Assembly: GCF_009914755.1 (NCBI RefSeq)
Contig: NC_060928.1
Direction: 5' to 3' (one strand)
Length of the DNA stretch: 64,000 nucleotides
Source of the DNA: the human T2T-CHM13v2.0 reference genome, Homo sapiens
The translations under genes and the position numbers were made by a program. Below the pieces are notes generated by a model. That model made no database searches and was not told the DNA's origin. It saw nothing but the letters and a program-made list of their open reading frames with translations. Shown one piece after another: positions 61,207 through 64,000 of this stretch (position 1 is the first letter of the stretch; each line of letters begins with the position of its first letter).

Positions 61207-61413
61207 CCACTGCTGTACTGGAATTGACTCCTATTTGCCCACAAGAGCCTACTGGTAGCATGTCTTCCCAACTCCCCACTCCCTTCAGTGACAGCACAAT
61301 CATGGCTTGAAACTGACCATGGTGGGAGTATTTACACCACAGAAACTGGCAAAAGCTACAAATCGGAACTATTTTTGAGATCCAGTTTCTAAACATTTAC
61401 CAATTCACCAATG
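61207..61413. mobile_element. MER63A-like hAT-Blackjack MITE inserted in a MIR (~61030-61470)
   Basis: GGCTTGAAACTGACCATGGTGGGAGTATTTACACCACAGAAACTGGCAAAAGCTACAAATC...TAAACATTTACCA; MIR core on the left resumes on the right. Confidence 0.72.
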
Positions 61414-64000
61414 TATGTAGCACAAGGGCTGGCCAATATTAGATCTCAAGAAATGTGAGCTATTAATAGAAAAGGCAAAGGAAAGACCCTCTGGCAAGTT
61501 AAAGGATTTTTCCCCACCGCAAACAATTCTTTGCAATTACACAAAGAAAATTGTATCAAACTATTCTCTAGTGACAGGAAAACTTAAACATAAGTCAAAT
61601 TTCCACATTTGTAGCTAGATTTAACAAACTATCTTTTTGGCCAGAATCACCTGCCCATTTTAATCTATGACATGGCACTAAGGTGCCTTATAAAAAATAT
61701 ATCACATATAACATGTCGGTTCTTTTTCAATGGTCCTGCCAAATTCAAGGACATGTGGATTACATATTCATATTGAAGTCTGTAAATGAGTTCCTTTTTG
61801 GGAATCAGTTCAAGGGCAAAACTCTTAAGTACTCCATGAACAACACGAATGTCTCCAAGGTACAATTTTAAAGAAAGGACTGATAGGCTCCTTCTTCACC
61901 CCAACTAATACTAAAACCAATGGAACAGAATCTTGGCAGAGGCTCCAAATTTGTTTTAAAGAAGATGGACACAGAGTGAGAGAAATTAATGAAACATAGT
62001 TTTCTTTTCCTTTTTTACATTTATTGGTAGAATTTAAAATCAAGTTAAGTTTCCTGGAGTTCTTACTCCATAGTATTCTTGGGCAGTGCAGAAACAAAGA
62101 GAATGAATTTTTATGGCCTTAATTTTATTTATTTTACTTTTTAGTGTTAATAAGAGAAATGAGTAAATCTACAAAGGCAAACTCAAATTACCAATGAACC
62201 AGAAACCTGGGAATATTTCCTTGTTATGGGAAATCCTAAGTGTTTCAGAAACATTGTTAATAATATTCTAAAATCTCCTTTTGCCATCTCTCTTCAATTA
62301 AGAATTTGATTGTGTGACTCAGGCCCACACTACATAACAGGCCAAGTTGCTTAAACTCTACCCACTCATGTGGTTGCCATTCCCTCTCAGTCACAGTCAT
62401 TTGCACACCAGAGGTATAGGTTTTTGCCTATAGTTCTGGGTGAGATGTTCATTATTCTTATCAGATATCCAGATAATTAGGAAAGAAGAAAAGTAGTCAT
62501 CACCAATACACTATTCCTGAGCTACAACAATTTCAAGTTTCTCTTAAATCAAAAAGCAACTTGCTGTGCACATAGTAGTCAATGTGGATGACTTTGTCTA
62601 GGGAACTGCTGCAGGTAGATAGGATTTGAATGACAGGTTGCCTTAATATTTTGATTAGAGGTTTGGGACATGGTGTAGTTGGAGTGGAACATGCATGGCA
62701 CTTCCAGAGATGAAAGTAATAGATGTTTATGGCATTATTCACCAGGAAGAAAGTGAAGGAAAGCATTCTGCTCCAGAGACAAAGATAATCGGAAATCATG
62801 TATCCTCAGAAACAGATATGCATGTGCACAGCTGCCTACTCCACCAAAAAGAAATATAGAATGCTCACTTACTTTTCCTTCTCCTCCTCCACTAACAGCA
62901 GAGAAGCCCTTGTTGACCACGGAGCTATGAGTTCTTAGCAGTGCAGGTGCAGAACCCTTGGGGCATATGAAACTTACTTAAGCAGTGAAGTAACTTCCTG
63001 CAGGTCAACTTAGGAAATCTCACAAGGCAAGGGTCTAGGCTGGTGACAAAAGCTAGGGTTAAGCCAAGTTGCTTAAACTGTATCCACTCATGTGGTTGCT
63101 ATTCCCTCTCAATTTTATAATGTTTGGGTGCTAGATAGACAGAGGAAGCCTAAGTATATTAAAACATATGTAGTGTTAACAATCAAAATTTCAAAGAAAA
63201 GACCCACATTTATGACATTTTTGGTCATTATTATACATGTGACAGTTATGATGATATTTTCTGCCAGTTATTCTACTTAGTATTACTTTGATATAGCCAG
63301 ACCAGTTTTAAGTTCTCCATTCTTTTTGTTCGTTTTTCCAGCATCCATAAATACCATTAAGACAAGTTGTCAGGACTCCTGAAGGGGGCCTCTTAAATAA
63401 AACCCTCTGTCCTCCCTGGAGGAAAGAAAGGAAAGAGGAGCCCTAAAAGAGAGGAGGCCTTTTGGAGCCAGTGACTGAGAACACATGCCTGAAAACAGTA
63501 GATCAATAAGCTATGCAACTCACTGTTTACCCACCTGACTCTCTCTGCTTCAGGGCTCCCACCCAAAGGTAAATCAAGCCTCTTCCAAGTCCACATCCTA
63601 CTATGTGCAGAAAAGCTAGAAAACTTAATGCTGCAGCCTTCTAGCTTGTAACTTCCCTCTAAGTTATGGGGGTTAGGAGGACAGATGCCTATATTAAAGA
63701 TGTAAGTGGCTTTTCTCTTACCTTTCTCTCCCTTTTCAGAGAGCTCAATACCCAACTACGCTATTCACCATTCCTCTTCTAGGAAAGAAAGACTGATGTG
63801 GCCTTGCTCACTTTTCAGGACATGATAGATGCATTTCACCTGTTTCAGACCCGTCTTCAATATTGCCAAAACCACAGAATTAACTACTTGGGGTTATCAG
63901 CTTCTTTCAGTCTCAGCCCTTGTATAGGCTTTTGGAGTGAAAGAACACAGGTTTGAATCCTGTTTTCACTACTTACTATCCTTTAACCGTGGATGAATTA

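Overview
This is primate (almost certainly human) nuclear DNA, gene-poor and dominated by repeats. I recognise no intact protein-coding exon, RNA gene or CRISPR array. The left edge holds the 5' part of a COX5B processed pseudogene (minus strand, cut by the window edge). The main structure is a full-length, inactive L1PA3-type LINE-1 (11514-17710, minus strand, 14-bp TSD, ZNF93-binding 129-bp segment retained) inserted antisense into a near full-length, much older L1MA4-type element (~10755-23585, plus strand). The rest contains Alus, L1M fragments, MIR/L2, ERVL/MaLR solo LTRs, hAT and mariner MITEs and microsatellites. Every recognisable long ORF in the track is an L1 fragment; the others look spurious. 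I did not find a new multi-gene system. The most interesting signals are structural: a perfect 31-bp fold-back palindrome, a ~145-bp inverted duplication with one-directional mismatches, a tail-less AluY, a MADE1 hairpin with paired substitutions, templated-insertion scars, a four-level retroelement nest and candidate recursive splice sites. Repeat subfamily names come from my recall of consensus sequences, and boundaries of old repeats are approximate.
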